Assembly (NCBI GenBank): GCA_030390025.1 | Contig: CM059425.1 | Span: forward strand, 170,440,001-170,504,000 | Direction: 5' to 3' | Source: Squalus acanthias | Taxonomy: Eukaryota | DNA length: 64,000 nucleotides | Shown here: in pieces, positions 47,500 through 61,513 of the stretch | Layout: each line of letters opens with the position of its first letter | Position numbering within the stretch: the first letter of the stretch is position 1 | The notes under the pieces: generated by a model | Database searches by the model: none | What the model saw: only the letters and a program-made list of their open reading frames with translations | What the model was told of the DNA's origin: nothing | Position numbers and translations under genes: made by a program

Positions 47500-48830
47500 T
47501 TGTTCTCAGGATTTGGGCGATGCTGGCACCCTATATATCGTCCATCCCTAGTTGCCCTGAGATGGCAGTGGGCCTTCACCCTGTATTGCTGCAGCCCTTG
47601 TGGTGATGGTGCTCCCATGATGGTGTTAAAGAGAGAATTGCAGGATTTTGACTTCGTGACAATGAAGTAAAAGCAATATGTCCAAGTTAAGATGATGTGT
47701 GACTTAGAGGTGAACTTGCAGGTGATGGTGTTCCCATGATGTTGCTGCTCTTGACCTTCTTGGTGGTAGAGGTCTTGGGACTGGGAGTTCCTGTCAAAGT
47801 ATGCTTGGCTAGTTACTGCAATGTAGGTCATAAAAACTAAGCACTAGGGTTTATTTCTAGAGGGATAGAATTGAAAAGTAGGGAAGTTATGCTAAACCTG
47901 TATTGAACCTTGGTTAGACCACACTTAAGAGTACTGTGTACAGTTCTGGTCGCCATATTATAAAAAGGATACAGAGGCACTGGAGAGGGTGCAGAGAAGA
48001 TTTACAAGGATGATACCAGAAATGCGAGGCTATACATATCAGGAAAGGATGAACAGGCTGGGTCTCTTTTCTCTTGAAAAAAGGCTGAGGGGTGACCTAA
48101 TAAAGGTCTTTAAAATTATGAAAAATTGATAGAGTGGATACAGAGAGAATGTTTCCACTTGTGGGGAAGAGCATAACTAGGAGGACATCAATACAAGATA
48201 ATCACCAAGAAATCCAATAGGGAATTCAGAAGAAACTTCTTTACCCAAAGAGTGGTGAGAATGTGGAACTCGCTACCACGGAGTGGTTGAAGCGAATAGT
48301 ATGGAAGCATTTAAGGGGAGGCTAGTCAAGCATATGAAGGAAAAGGGAATAGAGGGTTACGCTGATATTTAGATGAAGAAAGACGGGAGGAGGCTTGTGT
48401 GGAGCATAAACACCGGCATGGACTGGTTGGGCCGAATGGCCTGTTTCTGTGCCGTATATCCTATGTAATACTGCAGCCACAGTGCACTGGTAGTGGACGG
48501 TTGGATATTGAGTTCAGTGGCAGGGATCATTATAGTCAGGAGCTTTGCTCGATTGGTACCACATTCTAAGCTATGCCTGGTGCTGCTCCTGCTATGCCCT
48601 TCTACATTCCACATTGAAACCAGAGTTGATCACTCAGTTTGATTGAAATGGAGGATTGAGACACTCTCTGGGCCATGTAGTTACTGATTACAGCAGGATA
48701 TAATTCTGCTGCTAATGACCCATAGTGCCTCATGGATACCAACCTTTTGGAGTACTAGATCTTTCCTTAGTTTGTTGTAGTTTGAAAGTGGTAGAGCTAC
48801 ACTACACGATTGAGAGGGTCCTCACTGTGA
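47500..48830 (-). mobile_element. CR1/L2-group LINE fragments interrupted by a CR1 3' fragment
   Basis: Reverse complement of the LINE tail at 47500-47820; LINE-like sequence resumes at ~48470. Confidence 0.65.
47835..48468 (+). mobile_element. CR1 3' fragment
   Basis: LVRPHL, YCVQFWSPYYKKD..ALERVQRRFTRMIP, RNFFTQRVVRMWNSLP. Confidence 0.85.
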
Positions 48831-49224
48831 AAATGAGGGTAGTTAACAGGCTAGGCCAGTAGCAAAAATAAAGGGGTTCATAGAGATTAAAGTCAGCATA
48901 TAGAATCAATATTCAGCACTGCACATAATTCGAACAAGAACTGGAGACACTGAGGTCGAAGATCAGCAATGATCTTATTGAATGGCAGAGCAGGCTCAAG
49001 GAGCTGAATGGCCTACTCCTGCTCTTAATTCTTATGTTTATGTTCTGTTGAGAAGTATTGAATACACACAAAACACTGAGGCACCCTGAATAATTCCTGC
49101 ACCAAAACTAACTAAAAAGAGCCATTTTTATTTCTGCTTATTTGTTGATTAATTTAAAGCAGATCTCACATGGCGTTGCTTATAGCGAGTCAAATGATAC
49201 ATTGCATTATCCCATGACTTGAAC

Positions 49225-49415
49225 ACATTTTGCCGTTCCTTCATCATCGCAGAGTGAAAATCCTGGCACTCCCTCCTTAACAGCACAGTGGAGGTACCTT
49301 CACCATACAGACTGCAGCGGTTCAAGAAGGAGGCTCAGCACCACCTTCGAGGGCAATTAGGGATGGCCAATAAATACCAGCCTCATCAGTGATGCCCACA
49401 TCCCCAGAATGATTT
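49225..49415 (+). mobile_element. CR1/L2-group LINE/SINE 3' tail
   Basis: gactgcagcggttcaagaag..caccttcgagggcaattagggatgg. Confidence 0.75.
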
Positions 49416-49439
49416 TTTTTTAGAACTTGTGCCTTAGCA

Positions 49440-50230
49440 ATGCTAAGCACAAGGTGCCTCCCTGCCATCCAGCATTGGCCCAGAAGTTCCATTGGCAGGC
49501 CTCCCGTGGGAGGAGAGCTGCAATCCTGAAAAATCTGCGCCTGGACCGGAGGACTCCCGGGAGGTGCAGAGTTCCGTTGCTGGGCCTCTCCAAACTGCCG
49601 GTGCGCAGGGCCCACGTATCCCAGAGGCGCAGGCGGTTTGCAGCGTCCCTGGGATCACGTGGGCCATGGGGAGCCAATCAGAGAAGGGAATCTCCCTTCA
49701 TACATTTGACAGGAAGACCTGTCAAATGTATGACTAGAGATCACCCCCAAAACAGAGTAAAACTTCAAATTAAAAAAAAAAAAATCACATTTTTAAAATG
49801 ACTTTAAATTACAATAAATTAAGTATTTTAAACAAAAATTTTATCTTTTGAAAAAAATAATTACCGTTTTTAACGGGGCTAAAAATAAACTTACCTTTCT
49901 TTAAAGTATTTTTAAATGAAAATCAGTGGAAATTTTCTTTTTTACTTTTTTCAACTCTTATCCTGGTAAAAGCAGGCCTTATGCCTGCTTTTACTGGCGC
50001 AAGAATTGTAAGTGTTTTCTGCGGGCGGAGGGTCTCCAAAAAACGGAACTCTCCGCCCGCAGAGGCCCTGCTCCCGGGCAGGCGGAGGATCTGTCAAGAG
50101 CTTTCTTGACAGATCGGAAATGCCGGTTTCCAGCGCATGCACAGTGCATGCCCAAAACTGGCATTTCCGTTGGCCCTACAGGTGAGTACACAGTGCGTAC
50201 ACACCCATAGGGAACAGAATTTCAGGACCA
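49440..50230. mobile_element. MITE-like element with AT-rich core, related to 51523-52232
   Basis: Shared cctgggatcacgtg..ccaatca motif and AATTTCAGG terminus. Confidence 0.5.
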
Positions 50231-51522
50231 TTATTATGAGTGGCAGAGTCGGCATTTACATTTCAAATCCCCTGAAACACGGATCATTTCAACTCCCCAG
50301 CCCTGTCATTTGCAAAAGATTTGAATCCCTCTTTGGCTGCCTTGTCACACTGCAGCAGGCAGGAGGTGTTGTTGGGAATAAAAGGAACGTTGGTTAAAAA
50401 TAAAAAAAATGACTGCAAAATAGATTAAATGATGGAGAAAAAAAATAGAAATTGAATGAAAAAAGATGAAATTGTTTATTGGAAAGTTTTTTAAATGTTT
50501 AGGAATAAAGGGAATTGGGCATTCTCTGTGACCACCCCACCCCCCTCCCCCCCCCACTCACAGATATACTCCCCAGCAGAGGAGAGGAGATCACTTCAAT
50601 TATGCAAAATAGCCTGACCCCAGCAAATCAGCCAGGGTGAGGAGTACATCAACGGTGGGCCAACACTTGAACGTACTGGAATTCTGCAAAAAGTGGAAAA
50701 TTCCAGCCATTGTGTACGAGAAGGAGAGGAGGATTGTATGGTGTAATGAAGGATGAATTACTGTGTTGGTGTACTTTAAAAGCTGCACCAGAACACCCTC
50801 CCATAAGCAGTAAACCTATCAGGAGTCATTACAATTCCAAACCCATCCTGCATAGCAAACGAGGGCCTGGGACAAACCTGCAGTGGGTTAGCACCGAATC
50901 ACATTGACAGATGATAATCCAGCTCTGCCACTAATAGCATGATAGAGAATCTTATCAGGAATAGTTTCCCCACCTGCCTGGGGTGTGGAGCTTGTGGTCC
51001 CATGTGGAAGGTGGTGGTAGGCTCCAGGAAGCAGCAGTACACATGGCAGAGGGCAGTGAAATCCCTTGGATTCCAAAGCCCTACACCTCAGACACATTTA
51101 CATGGGAACATCCAAATGGTGAGAGGGGGGCCTTGTAATGACCTCTCCCTCCAGACAGCCCGAGATTTACCTGCTGAAGGCCTCATTCTCAGCTGAGTCC
51201 AGCAGTTGCAGGCCTAGTTCTGATCTTTGGGACACTTCTGTCCCTTGTCAGATCATCTGGAGCTGCAATAACATCCCTGCTGCACCACCGCTGGGGTTTC
51301 CTGGCTGGCACTGGCAGGCTCCCTCTTTACAGGGGGAATTCTGCCGGAAGCCTAATGTGCATCTCTAATGAGCCCACATCCAGGAAAATGGATCAGTGCT
51401 GGGCAGGGGACAGTGTCGGTGGGTGGAAGCACTACCATGCCAAAACTCTGCCAGGACAAGGAAAATGTCAGCCCACCTGTCCATTTTTTTTTTTTAATTG
51501 TATTTTTAGAATTATAATTTAC

Positions 51523-52232
51523 GGGCTAGAAATTGCGGTCAGAGGCATACCTGTGGAGTACACTTCTGACCCACGAAAGAATTACAAACCTAGCTGCTGG
51601 TGGCGAGGCTGCGAAAACTTGCAATCTCGGGCCTTGAGGCAGAGGGCAGTGTAAGGGCCCACAGATTCCAGGTAGTGTGGAAGCGTACCTGGGATCACGT
51701 GCGCCTGGTCCTCCAATCACAAAGCAGAATTCCATGTTAATCATTTATGAAGGGACTCCCCTAATGAGATTCAATGGAATCCCAAAATCCAATCTAATTA
51801 CAATTTACAAAATTGGAATTTTATCCATAATTACCTTCATTCCACCAACCTCACTGTTTAATTTTTGGATAATTTTATACATCAGTAAAACTGTAATCCA
51901 AGCCAATATTTGCATAAACTCATTTCATAGTGTATGTGCATAATTTAAGATATGAAAATGTTTAATTAATGGCTTAGATATCCCCTTATGCTGATGCAAA
52001 CAGGCCCTGTGCCTGCTTACATCAACCGTAAGACTCCCGTGCGCAATCGCTGGCAAGTCAGTGGGCAAATAGCGCAAATCTGCGCCAGCGATTGCTTTTT
52101 TCGTGGCCCGCGCGGATGGCCTGTCATTGCGTACGCAAGCGCTTGCAGAAATCCGGAACTTGCGATAGATTTGAAAGGGAATACGACGGCGTACTCAGAG
52201 TATGGAGTCATACACACCGCAATTTCAGGGCC
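51523..52232. mobile_element. Harbinger-like MITE
   Basis: GGGCTAGAAATTGCGGT / ACCGCAATTTCAGGGCC imperfect TIR. Confidence 0.7.
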
Positions 52233-52597
52233 AATATTGTTCATCCTTACAATTAACAAAGACTTGAGTTCAAATGCAAATGAATAGAAAATTGGGTGGA
52301 TTCCTTTACCTTTCTTTCAGTTCTTAAAGGGTTAACTTGCACCACCACCAGCTCCAGGGAATTATGTACTTGGGGGACGGCAGTTTCGTTTTTAATGCAA
52401 CACTGAAATAAACCCTAAAATTATAGTAATAAAAGGCCCTCAGACATCAGCAGTAGCTTTCACGAAAAGAGTGCTTTACAAAATTAAATTAAATGCAAAC
52501 TTCTTTCCTTTTCTCAATCTCATTTATTTTAACTTTTACTTTAGATTTTCTATTTCTTAAATATCCTGTGCTCACTATACCTTACTTTTTATTTACT

Positions 52598-55500
52598 TTA
52601 GAATAAAATCAGAATGGTAACAGTACTGAAGGAGGCTGAATAGACCATTCCAGTGCCGACGCTCTACAAGAGCACTTCAGCTAGTCCCACTCCTCCGCCC
52701 TTTCCCCGTAGCTCTGCAAATTTTTTTCTTTCAGGTATTTAACCAATTCCCTTTTGAAAGCCACGACTGAATCTGCTTCCATCACCCTCAGGCAGTGATT
52801 TCCAGATCATAACCACTTGCTGCATAAAAAAGTTTTCCCTCATGTCGCCTTTGGTTCTTCTGCCAATCACCTTAAATCTCTGTGTCCTCTGGTTCTCGAC
52901 ACTTCTGCCAATGGGAACAGTTTCTCTCTATCTACTCTGTCTAGACTGCTCATGATTTTGAGCATCTCTATCAAATCTCCTCTAAAGAGAACAACCCCAG
53001 CTTCTCCAGTCTATCCACGTAACTGAAGTCCCACATCATGAAACCATTGTTGTAAATCTTTTCTGTACCCTCTAAGGTCTTCACATCCTTCCTAAAGTTT
53101 GGTGCACAGAATTGGACACAATAATCCAGTTGAGGTCAAACCAGTGTTTTATAAAGGTTCATCATGACTTCCTTGCTTTTGTGGCATAGTGGTTAGCACT
53201 GGTGCCTCACAGCGCCAGGGACCCGGGTTCGAATCTGACCTCGGGTGACTGTCTGTGTGGAGTTTGCACATTCTCCCCGTGTCTGCGTGGGTTTCCTCCG
53301 GGTGCTCCGGTTTCCTCCCACAGTCCAAAAATGTGCGGGTTAGGTTGATTTGGCTATGATAAATTGACCCTTAGTGTTAGGGGGGGATTAAATATGTGGG
53401 GTTATGGGGATAGGATGGGATATGTTAGGGGGAATTAAATACGTGGGGTTACGGGGGTAGGGTGGGATATGTGTACTGTGGGGATTAAAGCAGGGACAGG
53501 GTACTGGATTTGGATGATCAGCCATGATCGTATTGAATGGTGGAGCAGGCTCGACGGGCCGAATGGCCTACTCCTGCTCCTAGATTCTATGTTTTTTTTT
53601 ATGTTTATGTTTACTCTATGCCTTTATAAAGCCCAGGATCCCATATGCTTTTTTAACCGTTTTCTCAACCTGTCCTGCCACCTTCAAAATTTGTGCACAT
53701 ATACCCCCAGGTCTTTCTGTTCCTGCACCCCCTTTAGGATTGTACCCTTTAGTTTATATTGCCTCTCCTCATTCTTCCTACCAAAATCTATCACTTCACA
53801 CTTTTCTGTGTTAAATTTCATCTGCCACGTGTCCACCCATTCCACCAGCCTGTCTATGTCCTCTTGAAGTCTATCACTATCCTCCTCACTGTTCACTATA
53901 CTTCCAAGTTCTGTGTCATCTGCAAATTTTGAAATTGTGCCCTGTTCAGCCAAGTCCAGGTCATTAATATATAAATCAAGAAATGCAGTGGTCCTAATAC
54001 TGACCCCTGGGGAACACCGCGGTCATATCTTCCTCCAGTCCGAAAAACAACCAACCAGTCACCATTACTCAGTTTCCTGTCACTTAGCCAATTTCATATC
54101 CATGCTGCCACTGTCCCTTTTATTCCATGGGCTTCAACTTTGCTGGCAAGCCTATTACATGGCACTTCATCAAACCCCTTTTGGAAGTCCATGTACATCA
54201 CATCATCCTCTGTTGCCTCATCAAAAAACTCAATCAAGTTAGTTAAACACGATTTGCCTTTAATAAATCCGTGCTGGCTTTCTTTAATTAATCCACACTT
54301 GTCCAAGTGGCTGTTAATTTTGTCTCAGATTATCATTTCTAAAAGCTTCCCCACCACTGAGGTTAAACTGACTGGCCTGTAGTTGTTGGGTTTTCCTTAT
54401 ATCCTTTTTTGAACAAGGGTGTAACATTTGCAATTCTTCAGAGCTCTGGCATCACCCCCCGTATCCAAGAAGGATTGGAAGATTATGGCCAATACCTCCG
54501 CAATTGCCATCTTTACTTCCCTCAGCATCCTAGGATGTATCCCATACGATCCTGGTGACTTATCTACTTTAAGTACAGCCAGCCTTTCTAGTACCTCCTC
54601 TATCAATTTTTAGCCCATCCAGTATCTCAACTACCTCCTCTTTCACTATGACTTTGGCAGCATCTTCTTCCTTGGTAAGACAGATGCAAAGTATTCATTT
54701 ATTACCTCAGCAATGCCCTCTGCCTCCTCGCGTAGGTCTCCTTTTTGGTCCCACCCCTCCTCTTACTACCCATATGCCTATAGAAGACTTTTGGATTCCC
54801 TTTTATGTTAGCTGCCAGTCTATTCTCATACTCTCTCTTTGCCCCTCTTATTTCCTTTTTCACTTCCCCTCTGAACTTTCTATATTCAGCATGGTTCTCA
54901 CTTGTATTCTCAACCTGACATCTGTCATACGTCCCCTTTTTCTGCTTCATCTTACTCTCTATCTCTTTCATCGTCCAGGGAGCTCTGGTTTTGGTTACCC
55001 TACCTTTCCCCCTCATGGGAATGTACCCGAACCAGCTCCTCTTTAAAGGCAGCCCATTGTTCGATTACAGTTTTGCCTGCCAATCTTTGATTCCAACTTA
55101 CCCAGGCCAGATCTGTTCTCAACCCACTGAAATTGACTCTCCTCCAATTAAGCATTTTTACTCAAGATTGCTCACTGTCCTTTTCCATAGCTAATCTAAA
55201 CTTATGATACTATGATCACTGTTCCCTAAATGTTCCCCGACAGACACTTGCTCCATTTGACCCACCTCATTCCCCAGAATCAGATCCAGCAATGCCTATT
55301 TCCACATTGTGCCAGAAACGTACTGATCAAGAAATTTCTCCTGAACACACTTCAGAAATTCTTCCCCCTCTCTGCCCTTTACACAACTACTATCCCAGTC
55401 TATATTACATATTTGAAGTCCTCCATTATCACTACTCTAGTTCTTGCACCTCTCCCAATTTCCCTGCAAAATTGCTCCTCTATATCCTTCCCACTAGTTG

Positions 55501-57065
55501 GTAGCCGATAGAATTCACCTAGTAGTGCAATGGCACCTCTATTGTTTCTTTAATCTAACCAAATAGATTCTGTTCTTAACCCCCTCCAGGACATCCTCTC
55601 TCTCCAGCACTGTAATATTCTTCTTAATCAATACTGCCACCCCACTTCCTTTCTTTCCTGAACACCATATATCCAGGAATATTTAGTACTCAATCCTGCC
55701 CTTTGTTGAGCCAGGTCTCTTATCACCATGACATCATATTCCCATGTGGCTATTTGCATCTGCAGCTCACCAACCTGATTAAATGCACGAAGCGTGATCA
55801 CACACATGCACTGTTAACCTATCTTAGACATTCTTGCATTCTTAGTCTGAGACCACCTAATACCATATTATTTCTTACTCTAGTGCGATCTGTCTCTCCC
55901 AATCCTTTGAGCACCTTGTTTCTCCTTTCTAATGCTGCATCCTGGTGCCCATCCCCCTGCCAAATTAGTTTAAAGCCTCCCCAACAGCACTAGCAAACAC
56001 CCCCCCCCCACCCATTTCTATACTCACATGCCCGTGGCACAAGGAGTAATCCAGAGATTACTACCTTTGCGATCCTGCTTATTAATCTCTTTCCTAGCGC
56101 CGCAAAATCTGCTTGCACGACCTCATCCCTCCTTCTACCTATGTCGTTTCTACCGATATGGACCACAACCTCTGGCTGTTCACCCTCCCCCACTCAGAAT
56201 GTTCTGCAGCCACTCAGTGACATCCTTGACCCTGGCACCAGGGAGGCAACATACCATCCTGGAGTCATGTCTGTGGCCACAGAAATGCCTGACTGTTCCC
56301 TTAACTATTGAATCCCCTATCACTATTGCTTTCCCGATCTTCCTCCTTCCCTTGCTGTATAGCTGAGCCACCCATGGTGCCTTGGATTTGGCTTCAGCTA
56401 TACTCCCCACTGGTATTTAGAACTGAACAGTATTTAGAGAGCGAGATGCACTCAGGGACTCCTGCACGACCTGCCTGGTCCTCCTTGTCTGTCGGACGGT
56501 CACCTATTCCCTCTCTGCCTGCACACTCTTAAGCTGCAGGGTGACCACCTCCTGAAACGTGCTATCCACATAGCCCTCAGCCTCACGGATGCACCACAGT
56601 GACACCAGCTGCCGCTCAAGCTCTGAAACCCAGAGCTCAAGCTCCTCCAGCTAATGACACTTCCTGCACATGTAGTTGTCCAGGACACAGGAAGCGTCCT
56701 GGAGTTCCCACATGGCACGAGATGTGCATTCCACAGGACTGATGTGCCCTGCCATAGCACTATTCAAAGACTATTAACTAACTTAACAGGAATAAACTCA
56801 AGACTTAAAGAAACAATCACCAGCTACTCACCAATCAGCTCCTTCCCTTGTGCAGACATCACTTTAGGTTTTTTTTAACCTCGCTCCCTGACACACCGGG
56901 CTCTCAGGCCTAACTTTATCTCCAGCTGCTCCTCTCGCAGGTCCATTCTTGGGCCTATTAACTTGGAGTCCCTGCGTTCTGTGGCTCCACTCCTCCTTTT
57001 CAGTTAGACATCTCAACCGCCTTCCTCCTCTCCACCAAATTCCTGCTATCACCAAATTCTTCCAA
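52598..57065 (-). mobile_element. Near full-length CR1 LINE, decayed
   Basis: ORF1 AIVIGDSIVKG..MVCCLPGARVKDV..VVVHIGRNDIG; ORF2 SQHGFIKGKSCLTNLIEFF, KFADDT, WQMKFNTEKC. Confidence 0.92.
53183..53611 (+). mobile_element. V-SINE (HE1-like) nested in CR1
   Basis: tRNA head ggcatagtggttagcac..gggttcgaatc; V-domain tgtgtggagtttgcacattctccccgtgtctgcgtgggtttcctccgggtgctccggtttcctccca; CR1-like tail. Confidence 0.88.
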
Positions 57066-57294
57066 TCTGATTGCATTCACCCAGCTCTGTATCTTTGCAA
57101 ACTAATGCCTAATATATACCTTTTTTTTAATTTTTGTTTCTAATATATACCTTTTGAGAGTCAAAAACAACTGCTTAATCAGCTTCCAGCTCACAGCTTT
57201 TTACCACCTAATCAAGCAACAACTTACAGCTGATAGCTGTTAACTGCTCGTTTTAAATAAGTTACCTATCTGGTTTTCTTTCCCTCCTCTATCC

Positions 57295-57600
57295 TCACCC
57301 GGTGCGGAGGGGAGCGGAGCGGAGCGGAGCGGGCAGGTCGGAGGACCGCCTCGTGGGACTGCTCCTGGGCCTGGCCAAAGTGACCATTAATAGGTCCAGG
57401 CAGCGGGCGGTCGAGGGGGTCGTTCGGTCCGATTGCCTGCCTCTCTTCTGCGGCTATGTTCGCGCCCGGGTGGCCCTGGAGATGGAGCACGCGGTGTCCG
57501 CCAGCACGCTTGAGGCCTTCCGAGACCGGTGGGCGCCGCGGGGACTGGAGTGCATCGTCTCCCTGGCCGACGAAATATTAATTTAATTTGATAAGTTTTA
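57295..57600 (+). mobile_element. Tx1/L1-clade retrotransposon ORF2 C-terminal fragment
   Basis: LVGLLLGLAKVTINRSR..FCGYVRARVALE..LEAFRDRW resembles Tx1 ORF2 ends. Confidence 0.65.
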
Positions 57601-58004
57601 TTTGAGGGTCCACTAAGTTACAGTTACCCAGTTCAACAAAAGAGGCCTCCTCTATCCTTCTGTTTTGAATCTGGCTATTATTCAATAAAACTTTTAATTC
57701 AGTCCCTGACTGGCTGAGAGCCAACAGCAAATTAATTATTAAAAGCCAATCAGGGGACTAAACATCATTGTCTGGAAATTACTATCAGTCATGTTATCAT
57801 ATGAGTGCTTAACTCACCCATATCAACTTTCATATCAGGGTGTTAAGCATTTGTACAGTAATATCAACAATAATTTGTAGCCTTATACATTTTGGTATTT
57901 TGACAACTTGAATAAGCCAAAGAACCCAATAAGATAACTTACAAGAGAACAAGAAGCAGGAAGCTGAATCTTCAGGGGAATAAAAATAGTTTAATAAACA
58001 GTAA

Positions 58005-59248
58005 GGTTAATTTAAAACCCCCATCTCCCTCGCCAAACCCCCACCCCGCCTGGCAGAAACCAGTGCTTCTCCGGTCTCCACAAGGAAACCTTGAGCCTCC
58101 CCTGTCCCTGTGCTACCCCACCAGCCCCTCAACCAGAAATCACCTCCGGGAGCATTTACCTACTGTCTGGGACTGTTCCCCTGGGATCCAGCCCTAAGAA
58201 TTAGCCCCGCAGTGCAAAAACTTACAGTCTGTTAAAAATTGCCATGACATGACAACATGATGAGTGATAAAGACTAAGCCCTGATATTTAGGGAGAGGGA
58301 GCGAGGGAACAGGTTACTGGGGAGGAAACCCGGAAATCCCAGGGACGCGGAGGTCCTGTCAAATTTAACAGCAGGACCTTATTACTATTTTATTATTCCA
58401 TTTCCCACCCGGCAGCCAAATTGACAGACTGGGCGGCTGACGGGCAGGAAAGCCAGTTGGGAGACGATCCCCGGCAATTGGGGAAGATTGTGAGGCAAAA
58501 GGGGGGATTGAAACAACAATCAGAGGGAGGGAAAGATCGCTGGGAGGGAGGCTCGGGATCGCAGGTTTGGAGTGGGGGGGAGGAGGTTGGCCAATTGCTG
58601 GGAGGGAGGCTCGGGATCGCAGGTGTGGAGTGGAGGGGAGGAGGTTGGCCGGTTGCTGGGAGGGAGGCTCGGGATCGCAGGTTTGGAGTGGGGGGGAGGA
58701 GGTTGGCCAATTGCTGGGAGGGAGGCTCGGGATCGCAGGTGTGGAGTGGAGGGGAGGAGGTTGGCCGGTTGCTGGGAGGGAGGCTCGGGATCGCAGGTTT
58801 GGAGTGGGGGGGAGGAGGTTGGCCGATTGCTGGGAGGGAGGCTCGGGATCGCAGCTGTGGAGTGGGAGTCTGCAGATCATGGCAGCAAGGAGAAGCCGTG
58901 ATCAGCAGAAGGTTTGTTTGAGGGGCCGGGAGGAGCACGACTGCTCCTCCTGGCTCACAAGCTATGCTCTAAAAAGTACTTACCTTCTGCAGCCTGCAGC
59001 TCCCATCTCCATTTAGCTACCGTGTTTGCAGAGACCTGGGAAACATGGCCTGCAGCCATTAAATTTAAATCTTATAATTTAGTGTCCCGCCTCTCCAAGT
59101 TAGGACACAGACACACCACCCAACCCACCACCATAAAAATGGCGGTGGGCGAGTATGTGGCGGTTTGGGGTCACTTTTCGCAATTTTTAATTTTTAACCC
59201 CCCTCCGACCCTCTCCCGCCCATCATGTGGGGGTTAATATCGACCCCT
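58005..59248. mobile_element. Composite/nested GC-rich MITE-like region
   Basis: GGTTAATTTAAAACCCCC ... GGGGGTTAATATCGACCCC termini; internal GCCCTGATATT start at ~58278. Confidence 0.45.
58541..58866 (+). repeat. 58-bp G-rich minisatellite, ~5.5 units, alternating A/B variants
   Basis: Units start at 58541, 58599, 58657, 58715, 58773, 58831. Confidence 0.93.
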
Positions 59249-59639
59249 AAGTCAAACTAAATACTGCTGTGTCCCAGCATCACAGAGCAGTAGTGATCTG
59301 TATTCTTGAATTGGCTACACAAAATCATGGGCTTCTTATGATGCTGTGACTAGGTATCAAAGTAAAGTCATCTTCCCATTTAGTTCCCAGCAGAGGACTT
59401 ATTATGGTTTTGGAGAAAACAGGTAAGGTTAAACAGTTGCAAGTAACTGATGAGAACTTGGAAAATCTACCCTTAAATGTTTTCTCAAAACATCATATAA
59501 AATCCTGTGCTAGAAAATAAAAGAGGAGATGACTAGTTTAGGACCTTTGAGATACACTTGTAGAACTTTAATGAGCATTAAAAGAAAATTGATTAACATT
59601 ATTCCTTCATACACCAAACCTTTACTAAATGCCAGTATC

Positions 59640-60005
59640 ACTGGGGTACAGTTCCACAAGTGCTGACCAATCTCTCCAGTACCTTATCCAGTTACCATTC
59701 TTCATGCATGAGGCTAAACAGTGAGTATCAGTAGAGTATTTGACCACAGAGAGCTTCATAGCTGAGCCCCACCTTGTGTTTGCCCCATATCTCACACACT
59801 TTATACAAGGGCCCACAGGACTACAAGCAGGACCCTGGTTGATTGTTTTCCTCATGATTTGAGGTCAACCACGGTGCTCCAAGCATTGTATTTGGCTGAT
59901 CTGCTAATTCTTCCCAAACTAGGTATTGATCCAAGGACCATCCTGGTCTGTACAGCTCAGTCACTCAACGGGTGGCATTTTTGCCTGCTGAGCACTGGGG
60001 GAGCA
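59640..60005 (-). mobile_element. Old tRNA-derived SINE-like repeat
   Basis: Similarity to 45000-45370. Confidence 0.4.
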
Positions 60006-60789
60006 GTTGGAATGCTCTTGATGCAAGTATGTGTATATAAGCAAAATGATGATTCTACTGGGACAGACAGACTGCAATTCAGATCGACTTTCAATTGATG
60101 TAACAGTTTCATTGTAGAACTTTAAATGGGATTAAATCCAAATTAATCAGCACCGTATAAAATAGTTTTACGACATTTTTTCCCAGCTTTTTTATGCAAG
60201 CAGATATTAGTTGCTTTTTATATTATTAGAAAAGCATAAAGTGGTTGGTATGATAGCTGTTTTTCCCTAGTGGGTACTTTGTAAATTTTCTCAATCATGT
60301 AAATCTCATTTTTTCAGACATCTATAATAAGTCAGAGGCAGCTTAGAATAATTTACATTTCAATCTCTCAAATGCATTTGAAGTGGAAAACAGTTTCATG
60401 ACAATAAAATTTTATTGTCCAGGCAAAATGTAATTTACAGTTAATATATGAAAAAACTTCTCATTTCATTTCATTCAGTGTGATAAAAGGGGAGCAACAT
60501 TACTGTAATATGCCTATGAAGTGTTTGAAACTGCTCAAGAGATGTACATTACTTGGTGTCATGCTGTTTCCTGCATGAAATAATAACAAGGTCAGGCATA
60601 TGCAAATGCAAAATGTTGGATTGTTTGCACACCAGTATTATAAATATCTATTGCAATGCAATAATAATTCACACAGACAAGAGGTTACTGTTACTGTTTG
60701 AAAGTTTAGGCATCAAAATTTAAAGAGACATTATCGTCCCAGGAAACATTCTTATGAGCTTTATGATTTCACAAGAAAAAATCTTTTAA

Positions 60790-61155
60790 CAGGAAACTCT
60801 TTATTAACCGGCACCGACGGGACCGGCGTGGTGCCGGTTTATCAAAAAGTCCAGATAACGGAGAGTTATATCTACCAACGTACGAGAGCCCCGTACACAT
60901 TGACATGCGCCTGCATTTGGAGCTCCGTCTCCCCGGGGACCGCCAGCTGACCATCTGTCGTGTCCGCTGCCTACCCGGGCTGCATATTCCCCTCCCAAAC
61001 TACACGCTACGATACAAGGCAAATGCCTCGGGGGTTTTTTTTTTAAGTTAATCTTAAACGAGAGATGAAGGAAAACCCCGGTTACCTACTCAAGAATTTT
61101 GCCGGTTAAGAGAGATTTCCGGATAATTGGGTGCCGGTTAATAAAGAGTTTCCTG
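60790..61155. mobile_element. pogo/Tigger-like MITE
   Basis: Perfect 26-bp TIR CAGGAAACTCTTTATTAACCGGCACC; TA on the right flank. Confidence 0.8.
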
Positions 61156-61202
61156 TATTTGGTTTGAACTTTTTTATACATTTTAGTGAACTATCAAATA
61201 AG

Positions 61203-61513
61203 GGAGGAGAAATTTGGTAGCGTTCCATTTTGGGCGCTAACTTTTAAAAGTTGAAAAAATTAGCGACAGGCGCTAATGCTTTCCAACTTTTAAAAAATTT
61301 GGTTTTGTGCTCCAGGAAGGAAGTGGAGTGTTAAATCAAGCGCTCCACTCCCTTCCTGGAGCGCAGCAGGCGGGGCGGTAGGTCAGCAGCGCTGCACACT
61401 GGGCCGTGCTGCACAATGGGCCGTGCAGCGCTGCCGTGTTGGAAGGCTCCTTCCCTCCCTTAAAGGGAAGGGCCATCGCCGCAGGCTCTGCAGGGGGAAA
61501 CCAACTTACCCGG
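61203..61513. mobile_element. Left arm of a Harbinger-family MITE, interrupted by the Gypsy element
   Basis: GGAGGAGAAATTTGGT terminus, GGCGCTA motifs, ccttaaagggaagggcc as in 11790-12511. Confidence 0.65.

Noticed and set aside
53183..53260. tRNA gene (also 11112-11190 and 22545-22625)
   Set aside because: The tRNA-like heads continue directly into SINE/LINE bodies, so they are not standalone tRNAs
58365..59016. Repetitive Pro- or Gly-rich ORFs on both strands
   Set aside because: Artefacts of the stop-poor 58-bp tandem repeat
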